The notes under the pieces were generated by a model. That model did not search any database. It saw only the letters and a program-made list of their open reading frames with translations, and was not told the DNA's origin. A program made the position numbers and the translations under genes. From Hamiltosporidium tvaerminnensis FI-OER-3-3 (Eukaryota > Fungi > Microsporidia), in contig CM061248.1 in NCBI GenBank assembly GCA_022605425.2, positions 1,380,060-1,444,059 on the forward strand: DNA of 64,000 bases. Reading direction: 5' to 3'. Every line of letters begins with the position of its first letter. Within the stretch, counting starts at the first letter, position 1. This document shows, in pieces, positions 27,301 to 41,800 of this stretch.

Positions 27301-27779
27301 TATTAATATGATAAAACGAATTTTTAGAATAATGAATATAAAATTGACATAAAATTTACAAAAATTCCATAAAAATGAATAACATAATACTTTATTTAGG
27401 AAAAAATAGTACTTTATTAAAAGAGCTTAAACATTATAATAACCAGAACTGTTTTATTTGTAGAAAACTGGTTACACAAGTGACTATTTAACTTAGCAAA
27501 TAAATAACAAAAGAATGATCAAAAAAAATGTAACTACATTTAAAAAGTAGATTAAGGGTAAGCAAAATGAATTTAAGTAAAACAAGTATGTACAACAAGA
27601 AATTTTAAATGTAGTAAAAAGAAGAAAAATAATTACAAAAACATAAAATATATCAGTTAAAAAAACTTAAAAAGGAAACGAATCTAAATAAAATTTAAAA
27701 AATAAACAAGTATAAAAATTTAAAGCAAAAATGGCAGATTTAATTAAAAAAAACCATATTTCATAATTATAAAGATTTC

Positions 27780-30700
27780 CGGTTTTTCTCGGGATTTTTC
27801 ATATATATAATCTTATTTGTTTTTATATTTTCTTTTCATATTTTAGAATCTTCAATTCGACTATAAGTACCTATATCGACTAAAAACGATAATTTTTGAG
27901 TACAGAAATTTACAAAAAGCACCTAGAAATTTTATTATACATACAATATCTAATTATTAAAGAATTATTCATTATATTCAAAGTAATTTTCGGTATTAAA
28001 ACATATATCTTGTAAAATATTTTCAAAAATTTTGGAATAGCCTACACACTATATACGAGATAAGATGTACACAATGAAAAAAAAATATTTATGAAATAAT
28101 GTTCTTAAAAACGGGAAAAGTTTATTAACAACCTCAATATTGTTTCCTTATTAGATAATTTCTTGTATTTTTGCTGTTTTTTGACTATTTAAAAATTTTA
28201 TTTTGTCATCGATAATTCTCGATTTGTTTCATATACTATATACAAATATATCACGAAAAAAATCAAAAAAAATTGTAATGAAGATTGCATGACCAAATTT
28301 TATAATAATAAACAGTCATATTTTTATAAGCATATTAGTAGAATTTGTATCAATTTCTGAGCATTAAATAGTATTTCTTTTTTACACAGTATTTTAAAAA
28401 TTTTAAAATCTTCAACTCTGATACATTTAACTCTATTAAACAAAATAGAAAAAATCAAGCAATAAAAAAAGCTGATAAAAATGACTAAATTTATTCTTAA
28501 CTATAAATAAATTTTTTTACTAAACATCTGATGTATCTATACCAATTTTTATTCAACGAAACATCTATTTTTTTAATTATATTTTTTTCCATTTTTCATA
28601 TCATTCTAACGACTATACATAAAACAAATCGAAAAAATCAATTCATTCGAATTTAATAGAAAGATATCCTGTAAATTTAAATGAAAGAGAAATATTCTGT
28701 TACACTATTCAGAATTTGATAGTTGCGATATTTTCGTAATATAATTCTTAAATTTTTTTTAAGAAGATTTTCACCTTTTTTTAAATTTCTTCATTCACAA
28801 TATACTATGTAGTTTGACAAATTCGAAAAAATTAATTTAGAAATTTACTTTCAGAACATCAGAGCTTATTCAGAAGCAACCTTTTAGAGTATTGTAAGAC
28901 TCCTCTATAGATTAATTAAAATTTGTGCATTGAATATATATTTTTTCGTTGATGTTTTTTCAATTTTCAAACGCGACATATTTATAGGTATATATGCCTA
29001 AAAAATTCAAAAAATTGAAAATTGAAACAAACACACGAAATGACTTAATATTATCATAAAGCATAATCTAAGTATATAGACGTATTTTTTAAAATATTTA
29101 GAGCGTTATAATTATTTTAAGGTTTATTTGGGCAACTTGAATTTTTCATAATTCTTAAATTTCTTCATACACATATAAAAGATATACTAAGCAACATTGC
29201 AAAAATAAGTAATAAAAATTTATAAGAAAAACTGCTATATTTTAGAGTAAACATAAAAATAAAATTATTAAAAGCACATTTGATGTATTTTTATTAATTC
29301 CTATGCATTGAAGCGTTTATTTTTTAAGAACAGCTTTTTTATATTTTATAAATCGTATATACGACTGTACGAAAACTGATTAAGTAAATCAAAAAAATTA
29401 ATAAATTGACCAAATTTTTGATGATCTGATTCGGAACTTTATAAATCTATATGGAATGTTTTTACATTCTTTAGGTAAAATAAATCATATATTTTTTTAG
29501 TTTATTTTTAGAATCTTGCAATGGTTTATACAACTATATTGAAACTAATCTAACAGAATTAAAAAATATAGGTAAATCAAATACAAATTTAAGAATAAAT
29601 ATATTAGGTTAAGAATCTACCTGGTAGTGTTTTGAATCATTCTTATTTAAATAAACATAATATTTTTTTATTTTAAATTTGTGATAACTTTTAAATAATT
29701 GAATATAGTATATATAAATATAACAAATGACTTTAAAAAATTCAGTCTAAAAGTTACATAGAATATTAGAAAATTTAACATTAACATAACATTAATGATA
29801 TCTTAAGAACATTTGTTATATGTGTTCTTTGAGATTATAACTAATATTTTTTTTCTGAATTTTCTTTTCTAATTTAAAATCGTTTCCTACAGTATATAGA
29901 AAATATTATCGAAAAAAAATATGAAAATTTGGAAAATGGAATTACGCAGAAACATTCCTAAATCTTTCCTAAAATTTAATTATATTAGATTATTATAAGA
30001 AGTTCTGTATAATTTTCAAAGAATTTTTATCATTCAAGATTTTCTTTTTTTTCCTGATATTTTCATCATCTCGAATCGTCAATACGACTATATAGAAATT
30101 ATATCGAAAAATTACTAAAAATTAGTTAAAAAACTTACATTACAAACACATAATTTCATATTAAACGATCTTTTTAAGTTATTTTAAGAATTTTTAAGCC
30201 ATTTTAGGTGATTATTAACCATTTAATATTATATATTTCATTTATTTTTTTATTAAATTTCCGAGTTTTTAATACTACTATAGAAAAATATTTGAACCAC
30301 TTTAAAAAAATTAGGTAATAAAAATCCGATAAATCATGAATAAATTCCATTATAAACAATCCTATTTCATTATTAATAACAGATTTGAAGTATTTTAATA
30401 AATTCTTAAGTATTTAATCGAATATATTTTTTAAAATTTTTTTTATTGCTTCATAACTGTATACAGCAAATATATCGAATAAAATCGTAAAAAATTAGGT
30501 AATAAAAACTTGATAAAACATAGCTATATTTAATTATAAAAAAGGCATGAAATATTGTTAAAAACCTATCTGATCTATTTACAACAATTTTAAAGTATTA
30601 GATCTTATATCTTTCGAGTCCAAGTTCTTCAAGATTTCTAAAGTGTTTCATATACTATATAAAAATATATTGAACAAAATTAAAAAAAAAATAAGATAAC

Positions 30701-31100
30701 AAAAAATAATAGAAAACATTACCAAATTCTATTCAAAGTATAAAATAAAAACATGTAATAATTAGCTCAGAAATTTTAGGTGAATTTATCCAAAAAAATA
30801 TCTGAGTAAAAATATTTTTTTTTTACATTTTTAGAATTAGGATACGACTATACAAAAACTAATATCTAAAAAAATGGATACTAAATAAACGAAAAACATT
30901 AAGAACTCATTAAAACTTTTAGTTAAATTATATTATGAACCTTTAATATACTTTCTATGGATTTGAGATTTTTAAATAAATATAAGGTTATAGACTTTTT
31001 TAAAATTTTATTCGTTGATAATAAAATAGCAAACTGAATTATATATATTCGAAAACAAAAAAAACCCAAATTTAGAAGAAACAAATAGAATTTTAAATGC
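27780..31100. repeat. Diverged tandem array, ~185-190 bp unit, ~18 units
   Basis: Motif like TACGACTATATAGAAAnTATATCGAAAAAAAT recurs near 27859, 28048, 28233, 28430, 28610, 28802, 28972, 29166, 29361, 29530, 29705, 29887, 30083, 30273, 30456, 30651, 30843, 31017. Confidence 0.75.
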
Positions 31101-33449
31101 ACCATTCTTTACACTTTGTTTTTAACTAAAATTCTACCATTTGCAAGTACTAAATAGTGCTATGATAATTTTTTTGCACTCTATTTTTTTAATATTCAAA
31201 TCTTTTTTTCGAGTAAAAAAAAAATTTATAATAACAATTTAAATGATATTGACTGGTTTTAAAGCAAAATTTCGTATATAAAATACCTACCTATGTTTTA
31301 ATAGTTTAGTGTATGATTTTTAGTTAGTTAATTATATAAAGGTATATTATTATTAGGAAATTAAAGAGAATGAGGCGTAAAAGAATATTTTAAATAAAGA
31401 GTAGGAAATAACTGTTTTGTATGTTTATAGTATGACTGATAATTGCATAATTTTTTTAATTATAGATATAATTGTGTTCTAGTGACAAATATAGCGGAAA
31501 AATTTAGGCATAGTTTATTTTGTTTTTGTGGTTACTGAGTTTATCACAGAAATAGTAATGATATATAATAGAGATAAATGCGAAAAAGTTATGGGAATAT
31601 GATCAATATTTTACTTCATTAGAAGCAACCGGAATCTATTAGTTAGACCATATTTGATGACACAAAAATATCTTTAACATAATTATATATATGAAAAAAC
31701 GGTAAGAAACAGATATAGACGAACATACACGCTGGAATTCAGTAAATTTTCAAAAGAACACATTTTTTAAAACTATTTTTTTGAGCATGTTTTCTATAAA
31801 CGAACATACATTTGAAACAATAAACCAGGTTAAAATGCTGCAAATGCAAACAAATAAATACTCAGAATTTTCAAATCTTAACTTTAGCAAAGTATTATAG
31901 TATGTCGTTGGTTGGATAATAGTTTTACTTAAAGATTTTATAGGTATATTTATAAATTTCGATTTTTTTTGGAATGTAATACTAAGGATGTATCAATGAT
32001 CGGGTTAAAATACTTAATTACATTAATGTAAGTGATGATGCATCTTTTATTTTAAAATTTAACGTTTTATAACATTCAAAATCAGTTTCTGAAATATCAG
32101 AAAGTATATTTTGTGGTGAAAGATACTTTCTTGCACAATGCTTTGTGAAAGTTTTAAAAAAACGAGAATTGGAGTCTGAATTGAAACTCGAATTTATTGT
32201 ATAAGAAAATTCAAAGTGAAAAAATTTAATGCTAATTTATTTTTTTAGATGGCCTATAAAATTCTTTTGTACCAATGGAAAACTTTAAACGAGTAATCTA
32301 TATATATTATATATTTCAAAACAAGTATATCAAATATTCTAGTTTTATTAGAAATAATGAAATGAAATTCGATACATATATTATGAGCATTTGGTACTTG
32401 CGTAAATAGCTAATTTAGCACGAAAAGAATGTAAGTTACTGCTCATATTTGCTAGTAGAAATTCTTATATTAAATTCTGTAAATATTCTAGCGATTTTTT
32501 AATATTTTTTTATTTTGTTGATATACATATTATGCCAATTAAAAGTTTTTTTTATCAATGTAGATGTTACGTCTTAAATTGGGTGATGAATTAAAAAACG
32601 TACGCTCTGATGTTCTATTTCACAACCGGCTTTAATTTAATCTTCTTTTCTAATCTTGTTCACAGTTTAATTTTTTTCTAAATTTAAATATAATTATCTT
32701 TTATCTCTTCGTTTTAACTTTATACTTGATATTTATGTTTTGTGGTCGCATGCTTGTTTGTATTGTTTGTATAACTTTATGTGTCTTTTCCAATTTTATA
32801 TGAGAATTCGCTTATACACCGTCGATTTGATCTAAGCATATATCACAGTTCACTTATATTTATAAATATATCGCTGTTTACTTATATATAATTTCAGCTA
32901 TGGTAGTTTCCCGTGGTACATTTTATAGTATTTAATGATGTCCATAGGCATCACATAAGAAATTAAATCATACTATATTTCTTTAAATTCTATTTATTAC
33001 TGTTTGCGAAGAGTATTAAAAAAAATTTCGACCCTAATAAGTTAATATGAATTGATGTATTACTAAAAGGTAAATGACTGGTCAAAATTAAAGGTTTTAT
33101 TGTATTGAAAGACTTTTAAAATATTAAATTACAGTTTAGATGATGTTTATGGCGTGCAATGCAAATATTTACAATTGAAATCTTTTAAAGTAGTTAAAAA
33201 TTTCAGGTAAAATAAATTAGATTCTAGTAAATTTTTATTTATAGAATTTGTATGCTAAGTCGAAAATTTGAAGCCTTTTTTAGGATTGAAAAGGTATTCA
33301 TGATTTAGAAATGAAGAACCTTGATAAGAAAAAAAACATTATTACTCAAAGCTAATAATATGGAATAAATAAAAACCGAAAAAGAAAACTTCTCAAATTA
33401 AAAAAACTGCTATGTTTATATTTTCTGAGCTTAATTTTGGTTTTTTTCT

Positions 33450-35900
33450 TCACATACAATTAAAAAATACAGGGAAGATGTTAAGAACCTATAGATCACA
33501 ATTATCTCATTTATATTGATTATTAAATAGGAATTTCTAGATATCTTAAATAAAACCTTTTGATTTGCTAGATAAGAGAAGCTAATCCAATTTTTAAAGT
33601 AGAAATTGGGAAAATAGTGAAAATACCAAATGAATTATTTGTTATACCTTTTCTCGCTAGGCTTAACAAATATCTATTACAATTATTAAATTTTGAATCA
33701 TTAAAAATGTTTAAACACCTACTATCGAATTTATCTAAATTTAAGCCGAAATCAAACTATTGTGAATATATTTAAAATATTTTTGCTATAAGTATACTAG
33801 TACTTTAGTCAGATAAAAATAACTAAGAATATGAATTTAGGGTAAATCGTTCACGTATTAAATACAATATTCTCAGATTGAATTAGAAAAAAGTATAAGA
33901 ATTATTTAAAACAGTGTCTTTAGAATATTACAAATTTATTAGATTTAAAAAAGACTGTCGTATCGATCTTCAGGCGCGAATTTTTAAAGTTTTGTTTATA
34001 TAGGTAAATGAACTAGATAATCCCACGTTTTATATAAAACCCACTAGAAGAATAGACTAAATGTTCAGAGAAGAAATGAACAACAACTAATATGCACGGT
34101 TTTGAGTACATACTTCTTATTTAATTACATCCGATGATTATTCTTTTGAAGATTCTGCTTTGACATAGAATTTTATCTAGTAAACAAGAACTTAATCTAT
34201 GTTTATAGAAAAAAAATTTCACGGCAAGACAGCAACCAAATTTTTTTACCAATATATTTTTTCTTCAAACTATAAGCGTTCCATCTACATTTTTCTACCA
34301 TTATAAATGAATTTCGATTGTATAATTTAGATATCTTGTTAAAATTTTGTTCCATGCTTTAACATTTTTTACTGAGACTGTAATATGCGATTCTCTATGT
34401 AAATAAGTAAGAAAATCCAATGAAAAAAACTATTTTATCTAAAAAGTTAATATATTTTGATTTCTAAATTCAAAATAATTTTAAAACTAAAAACGTTATG
34501 TATTTTAGATTACCTCTCCTCTGCTTAAGTAAAATCGAATACCTTTTGATTTTAGATTAAATTAAGAGGTAGTATCTTAAATTTAGATCAAGATTCTTTT
34601 AACCTTTTAATATTTGATTTTTATAACTGAAATTCGAATTTTTGTAAAAATATGTTAACATATAAAAAATTCAACCAAAATAAATTTTTATCAATTAGAA
34701 ATTATTTCAAATTAGATATAGATCCAAAAAAACGATAATATTTTGACAATTGCAAATTTTATATTTAAAAAAAGATTGATGTACATTATGATATATTTCT
34801 ATAATATTGGCTGATTATTTTCCTGGATTTGAAATACACTTAATTATTCAGACAATATCTTAGAAAGAGAACTTATAAAAAAATTTAGAATAAAAAATAT
34901 AAAAATTCGTTTATAGTTAACCAAGAAAAACCCGTCAAGAGTTTGACTTTTCTTAAACTTTTGAGTTTATGTCAACATAAGTTATCTCAATAATGACTTA
35001 AAAAAATTACTTAACACATTTGTATAGTCACCACTATTTCTGGAAAGGTAAAAGGTAATTCTTTTAATTTTTTTTAAAAATATTTTGTAATTTATTTTTT
35101 GAAAATTTGTACCCTAAATATTTTGCTATGAACAGATTTCTCACTTCAAAGGAATATAAAGAAAATAAAACAAGTGTTATCGACAGAAAAACGAAACATA
35201 TTATTTTGAATCACAGAGGTACAGGAGCAACAGGAAGAAATCAATTAGTGTTTTAGGTTCTCTTTCTTGCGTTCTGAGGTATTTAATTTTGGCATTTGGA
35301 ATATATACTAGCAGTGGTGTTACATGAATGTTTGAATTTTGTCAATGTTAATATGAATAGGTCTGGATACGAACAAATACCTATATCATATATGCTACGT
35401 TTGTAAAACGTACTTAAGATCAAACGATAGCAACATTAGATGTCAGGTTTGTACATTAGAAGTCAATTTTTGAAAGACACAAAATACGTCATATATTCGT
35501 ACATTTTGTTAATACTTTGTTAAAAAAGGATAGGGCGAGATAAGAATGGCCCTAATCAAGCAGCGTTAAGAGTTTTGAACAAACAAAGGATTATCTATGA
35601 AGCAAAATGTGTGAAAATGTATTTAAGTCAAAGATTTCAGTTTGTAACATATCACATGGGGTATGCGCCTTTAAATAAAATACATTCACAGCATGTTGGA
35701 GTAAAATTCCCGGCTTAAAAACCCTGTAACTTCTTGATTAATCACCGAAAGACGAGTTTCTTACTCAAACACACTAGAATAGATAATATTGAAACAGAGA
35801 AGCGTCAACAACATCTATTAATGCTTTTTGGTACAAAAAATGAACAGAATTTTTATTATTTAAGACTGAGTACTACAACACTTAAAATAATCATCATTTT
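33450..35900 (+). mobile_element. Probable highly decayed Ty3/gypsy pol relic (RT-like, then integrase-like)
   Basis: Fragments EIGKIVKIP..IPF..L (33600), YFSQI (33801), YKFIR (33928), then HIILNHRGTGAT...FW...VLHEC...NRSG (35197-35370), in gypsy order. Many stops; weak match. Confidence 0.4.
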
Positions 35901-38900
35901 AAAGTACTGAATATAGAGATCTAAAAAAAATATCAACAAATTGAATGATTTTGAAAAATATTATTTCGATTCAAAAAGCTCCAAGATGGTGTGTGACAAA
36001 ACAATACAAATAAAACCGAATCATAAAAATCCTTAGAAGTGTTTAGGTTAGGTAATAACAATAAAATTTGACTTAAAATAAATTATTATAAAGAAAATTA
36101 TTTTCCATTCTGCTTAAAAAATAAAATTTGCTTTAATATTTTCATAATTAACAATATATTTTCTTTTTTATACAGGTTCGGTATGGCATCCTTTATATTA
36201 TTGTTTTAATATCCAAATTTGATCAGCTCTGTTTTTTTTCAGCTTTTCCTAACTACTACGTTATATAATCCAGAAAGCGTTATAAAATCTTCTATGAACT
36301 ATAAAATATTTTATTTTATTATTTACTGAGCTTTTATAAGTCATATACCGTCCTTTAAATATGTTTAAAGATCTCTCGCTTGTGCTGTCTTAAATGGAGC
36401 TCTTCTTTTATATGTAAACTTAAAAAATATATAGTTTTAAAGCAAAGACAAAAAAGTTCCTTTTTTTTAAAAATATAAAGGTTTTTTCGGAATATAAATT
36501 GCTTATTAGTAGTACAACATTCCAAGTTCGAAAATATAAAAATAGAAAAACAAAAATGACAATTGTACTACCTAAATTCGTCCGAATTGCAATTCTTGAC
36601 TAGTTTATATTTCTAGAAATTTACAGCGATACCTAGAAAATAATTCGAAATACCTTTAAGATATTTTTTCTCACTGGTATTAAATAGATATATCTAGCAC
36701 CTTCTTCAACTTCCTGTAGCCTCTGTGTATTTCTATTTGATCTTCATAAGAACAAGACTATTTCAAAATCTTTTCAGTCGCAAATAAATCAGTTTATGAA
36801 TTACTGGAATATCGAATCACGGAATATAGCGGGTTTCATCAAGTTACTTTGAAGCCTGGTAATTTAATCTTTAGAATTTTTGACAGTTCTGATATATTCT
36901 ACACCGACTCTTACAAGTTCTGAAATGTTTTCATTTTTTTTAATTACAGAAAATACAATTTTTCAAATAACAGACCGCACATTTAGTTTCTTAAAGTTAT
37001 ATTACATAAGGCAAATTAAAATAAAACAAAAAACTCAACATTTTATGATTTATGTAACTTTTACTATATTCTTATGTAGCTTTAAAATAAATAGTTTTTA
37101 TTAACATTTTGTAATATTTCTCACATAACCGAGACAGACTAAAATTTCTTTCCAAATGATATCCAGAAATATTTCAATTTTTAATTTGAATTTACACTTT
37201 GTTTAAGTCTATAAATTTATAATAAATTGAGCAATTTAAATCTCTTTTTAAAATACAAAATTATAGGAAACTCGATTCCAAAATTTGAAGAAAATAAACA
37301 TTTTCGGAGATAAAACTGTAATTTAGTAATACTAGCCAATGTAATCTAGTAACTCTAAATTTAACGAGTTTTCAAATTAAAATGGTTGTGCGTGATAATC
37401 TTCTTTAAGACCTCATTTTATTCCAAAATTTCAATATAAAATTCTAATTTATATATTTTATAATTTTTAAAATATTACAATTTTTTAAATGCTTCTATGG
37501 TTGTCGTATTTACATAATATAATAATTCTACTTGTGCAAAATTTTTCTTCCTCTAGCAAGAAATAAACTTTATATTCTTAATAAAGAGAATACTTAGTAG
37601 GTAACAGAAAAATATTTTTATTACATATATAAATACCTGCTAATTTTTTTTAAAAATTTTCTCTTATATTATATTTTTTGTGTACCATTTTCAAATATTT
37701 AAAATTTTTTTTAAAATTTATTCTTAAAAGCAATCATATTATTTTGTTAATTACACCTATTTTTACAGATTTTAATCGTAATAGTGTTCTCGAATTCCAG
37801 AAATTTTGTTTAACTTTTTTTGCTCAAACTGTAAAAAGATCCATATTTACACATTTGCCCAAAAATTTTTGTATACACGTTAAATGATTTTAAATAAAGT
37901 TCCTTGGTTAGTGTTTAGTATATGACAATTTTAAACTCTTTTTATAATATCATAGTGAATGAAAAACATGGTGAAGTTACTTGTATTAAAATGTAATTTA
38001 AGAAATTTTAAATTATTTTAAACGTAGCCAACCGTATTTAAGATCAAATTCATCGTTTTATTTATCAAAATCTATATCAGCTATATATACGCTACTTTAT
38101 GTTATTATTCGCAAACAAGCATATATTTGTTTACATTTTTGGTTTAAGTTTGCGATTCTAGCATCAAAATAAGTTATTTTCCAAGATCAATATGATAATA
38201 TCATTATAAAATCATTAAAAGTTTAAGATTAAACGAATTAGTTCTTTGGAAAGGTCAATATATATCTTAAAATTTTTTATTACATTTAATAGGAAAGTTT
38301 AATTGTTCAAATCAATGAAATTATCTTAGAAATTAATCTCTTGAGCTATAATTATCATATACACCAAAGAATGAAACAAAAAATTAATATGAATGTATAT
38401 TTTATATCTGAATGTCAATTTGTCTGAGATTATACTATAATGCCGTAATAGATATCATCAAAAATAAAATATAGAATCTAAACACTTTTTGGTAAAAAAT
38501 TTAATAAAAATATAGTTTTTTTTTGAGCTTAAAAGAAGCGTTCTATGATTTTTCCTAAAAAAGATGCCGAGATTATGTTTCTCAATAGTAAAGAGGTTTA
38601 AACTATTATTTTCTAATTCAAAATAAACGAAAAGTTTTTTTTCCGAAAATTGCTTAAATTAGTCTTTTATCTTTGAATAATCGAATACCCGTAACCGATC
38701 TGTCCATATTTAATACGTAGGAAAAATAAAAAAAAATTTGAATAATAAATCGCTACCTTAAAAATTATAAATATCAAATTTAACTGAGAGATGCAATAAA
38801 AAGAAGAGGCTTAGGAATATTTTATTTGTGTTTAATTATTTGAAAAAAAATTAAATAATCAAAAAATACTTTAGTAGTGTAAAAACTTTTGCTAAATTGG

Positions 38901-41199
38901 CCTGTCATTTTTATTTGATTAGATTTTAGACAAGTGCAAAGTATTTGGTAGATCCAGTAAAAATATTCTTTTCATCTCAAAGTAATATGGTTTAGCCATA
39001 ATAATAAAAGTTTATAAATGACTTCTAGTCCTCTAACACCAGGTATTTGGCTTTCTAGTATTAGAAGTGTCAAATCTGAAATCTTTCAATGAAAAATATT
39101 TTATCTCATAGAATTCCCCGAAAACAATTTTAAATACCAAACCATTATAAGTATTACAAGCTGTTATATAAATAAATTTTGCTTCCGAACAAAAAAAAAT
39201 ATGTGATTAACGTTTAAATAATGATTCTTTTTTTAAAAGTAACTGAATAGAAGTATTAAACTTAAAAATAAAATTTAAATTATTGTTATCCATATAGCCA
39301 AAAATCTCTACAAAATGTTTTTTAAAAAAATATGAATTTTAAATCGTCTTAAGAAAAAAACTATAGATTGTATTTAATTGATTAAGTCAAGGTTTTTGTT
39401 TTGTAACAAATAAAATTTAATCTTTACTTTAATTCATTCATTCAAATAAAACGTTAAGAATTTAAGCATAAGGTTGTGATATTTTAAGAGACATAGTATT
39501 TTAAAATCTCAATAATATTTTATGCGTTCAAAGTTAATAATGTGTCCTTTTATATTAACAAAGCAAAAAGAAAGTAACTATATATCTTAATTATTAAATC
39601 CGAAAGAATCATATTTCACTATTTCGAAATAAAATTTTTATAAATAATATCAAATCAATTTTTATACTAGAATACGCAGAATAAAGTTATTAAGGGAATC
39701 TATCTATTAATTGTTGACTATGTGAAATAAAGGAAATTTCTAAAATAGTTTTATATGATCATTGGTAAATTAATGCGTCTGATACACATATTTAAAAATT
39801 TAAATTGATTAAAAATATCTATTTATGTTGTAATAGTGCAATCAAGGTACATTATGCTTATATTCTAATTTTAGAAAACCCATAATTCGATTCTTCATTT
39901 AACTGAAAAAAATATAGATAGAAAAAAAATAATATGCTTTAGTAGAGAAGAGTTAGTGTAATTTGATTTTGAATATTAATTTTATGAGGAATCATAACCT
40001 TGGAATGAATTCAACATTTAAATAATTTTTTAATCCCTAAAATTTAAGTAGCAAATAACCTATACTAACTAAAAATTCTATATTGGATACAGAGAACGTC
40101 TCTGAAAGTGTTTTTTTTTTATAAAAAATAAAGGTCAAATTCAACAAAACTTTGCTAAAATTATTATAGAGTTTTTCGAAAAAATTACATTATGTTCTCA
40201 TAATAGACAGGAAACATCTGAATTTATTTCATGCGAGTGTTTCCAACCGAACTAAAAGTGTGTTGTCTAAAAAGGAATTGTATGAGTAGAAATTTTTATT
40301 TTAACAAACCAAAAAACAATATATTATGAACTAAAATTTAATGTCATTTTTTAGACAATTATATGTCTGGTAATTAAACATGATATACAGATTCTTTAAA
40401 ACCGTTGTTGTTCCTTTAATTTGAAAGATAATTTGGAATTTCTACTATATTTTGTTTTAGTAATTTTTGCGAATTTTATTTGAATAAAATACTATCTAGT
40501 ATTATTTTCTTTCCTTTGCCTAACAAATATATTTATTTACGTTTTCTTTTCACTATTACTAAAAAAAGAAGATAAAATATGATTAAAATAAAATTTATAT
40601 TAAAAAAATAGAAACATTCATCTAAATTTTTGATACACAAAAAAACAAATACTTGACTGTATTTACAAAAAGATAATTTTTCAAAGCGACTCAAGTTTTT
40701 TCTAGCTTAAGAGAGATAAACGGAAGAAGTATTAAAAATTGTGTTTTCTTTGTCTTTCATGAATATGACCCAATCCGAAGCAATAAAAGTATCAATATTC
40801 GTTTGATTAATTATTCATTTGAAGACGGATAACTTCAATTTTAAAGCTCTATCAATAAAAATTTTAAGATTTTAAATTTATATGATCATGTTTACTCGTT
40901 TAAGACGAAAGATTCTAAACAAAGGAAAACAAAGTATTTTAAATCTCATATTTAAATTAGAACAGTACGCATACCACCAAATACATTTATGATTGTTTGT
41001 GAATAAGAAAATTTTTTATTTTCTTTATATGAATAACAAGTTATCTAAAAAATTGAATTTTATTTAGATATGTAGTTTTCAACTGAATAGTTATTTGCCC
41101 CTTTACAAGAAATTTTTTTAAAATTTAAAATGTCCATAAAACAAAAGACATTCAAAAATTTATGAAAGAAGCCCTGAAATGAAAGAAAACTAGAAACCA

Positions 41200-41800
41200 T
41201 CAAAGATAAAACGTTAGATTCCGGAACCCGTTATTATATTGATGTGTGTAAGAAAAAACTTTGGTTTTTACATTCTCTGATAATAAATAAATGATTGCTG
41301 ATGTTTGGAAGATTTCCATAGCTTTCTTTGCATACTTAGAGAAAAGATTTTTTTATTATTTCAATATATTTATACGGTAATATGCAGTCTTATAGAAGAA
41401 TTTATAGATCAGAAAAATAAAAATTTGGGTTTTAAGAAAATTTCAATTGATAAATTTACGAAAATAGAATCCTTTTAGTTGTTATAAAAATGCTGTTTTT
41501 ATTGCTTCGTAAACTTTTTAATTACGTCGATAGCACGGAATAATTTAATAGATTTTTTGATCTATATGTATTAATTTGGATAAATTTTAGGGTTGTTTGC
41601 TGTTATGAACAACAAGTAAAAATAAAACTTAGGAAATAAAATGAAAATTAGGAAAAATTAGAAGGAAAACAGATTTTCAGATTTTTTCAAACTGTGAAAG
41701 GAAAGATGCGAAAAACAGCAAGTTGTATATGCAGAAAATTATGCTGTTCATTTATTTTGACACAAAAGTATGAAAAGTGCTATAATATTTTGCAAGTAGA
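41200..41800 (+). mobile_element. Possible LTR-retrotransposon RT/connection relic
   Basis: YYID, LGF, FVNF and FQTVKGKM...FILTQ fragments in the order expected for the gypsy RT to RNase H linker; very degenerate. Confidence 0.25.

Noticed and set aside
27780-31100. CRISPR-like array
   Set aside because: Inter-core sequences are homologous to one another, cores are degenerate, there are no cas genes, and the context is eukaryotic.
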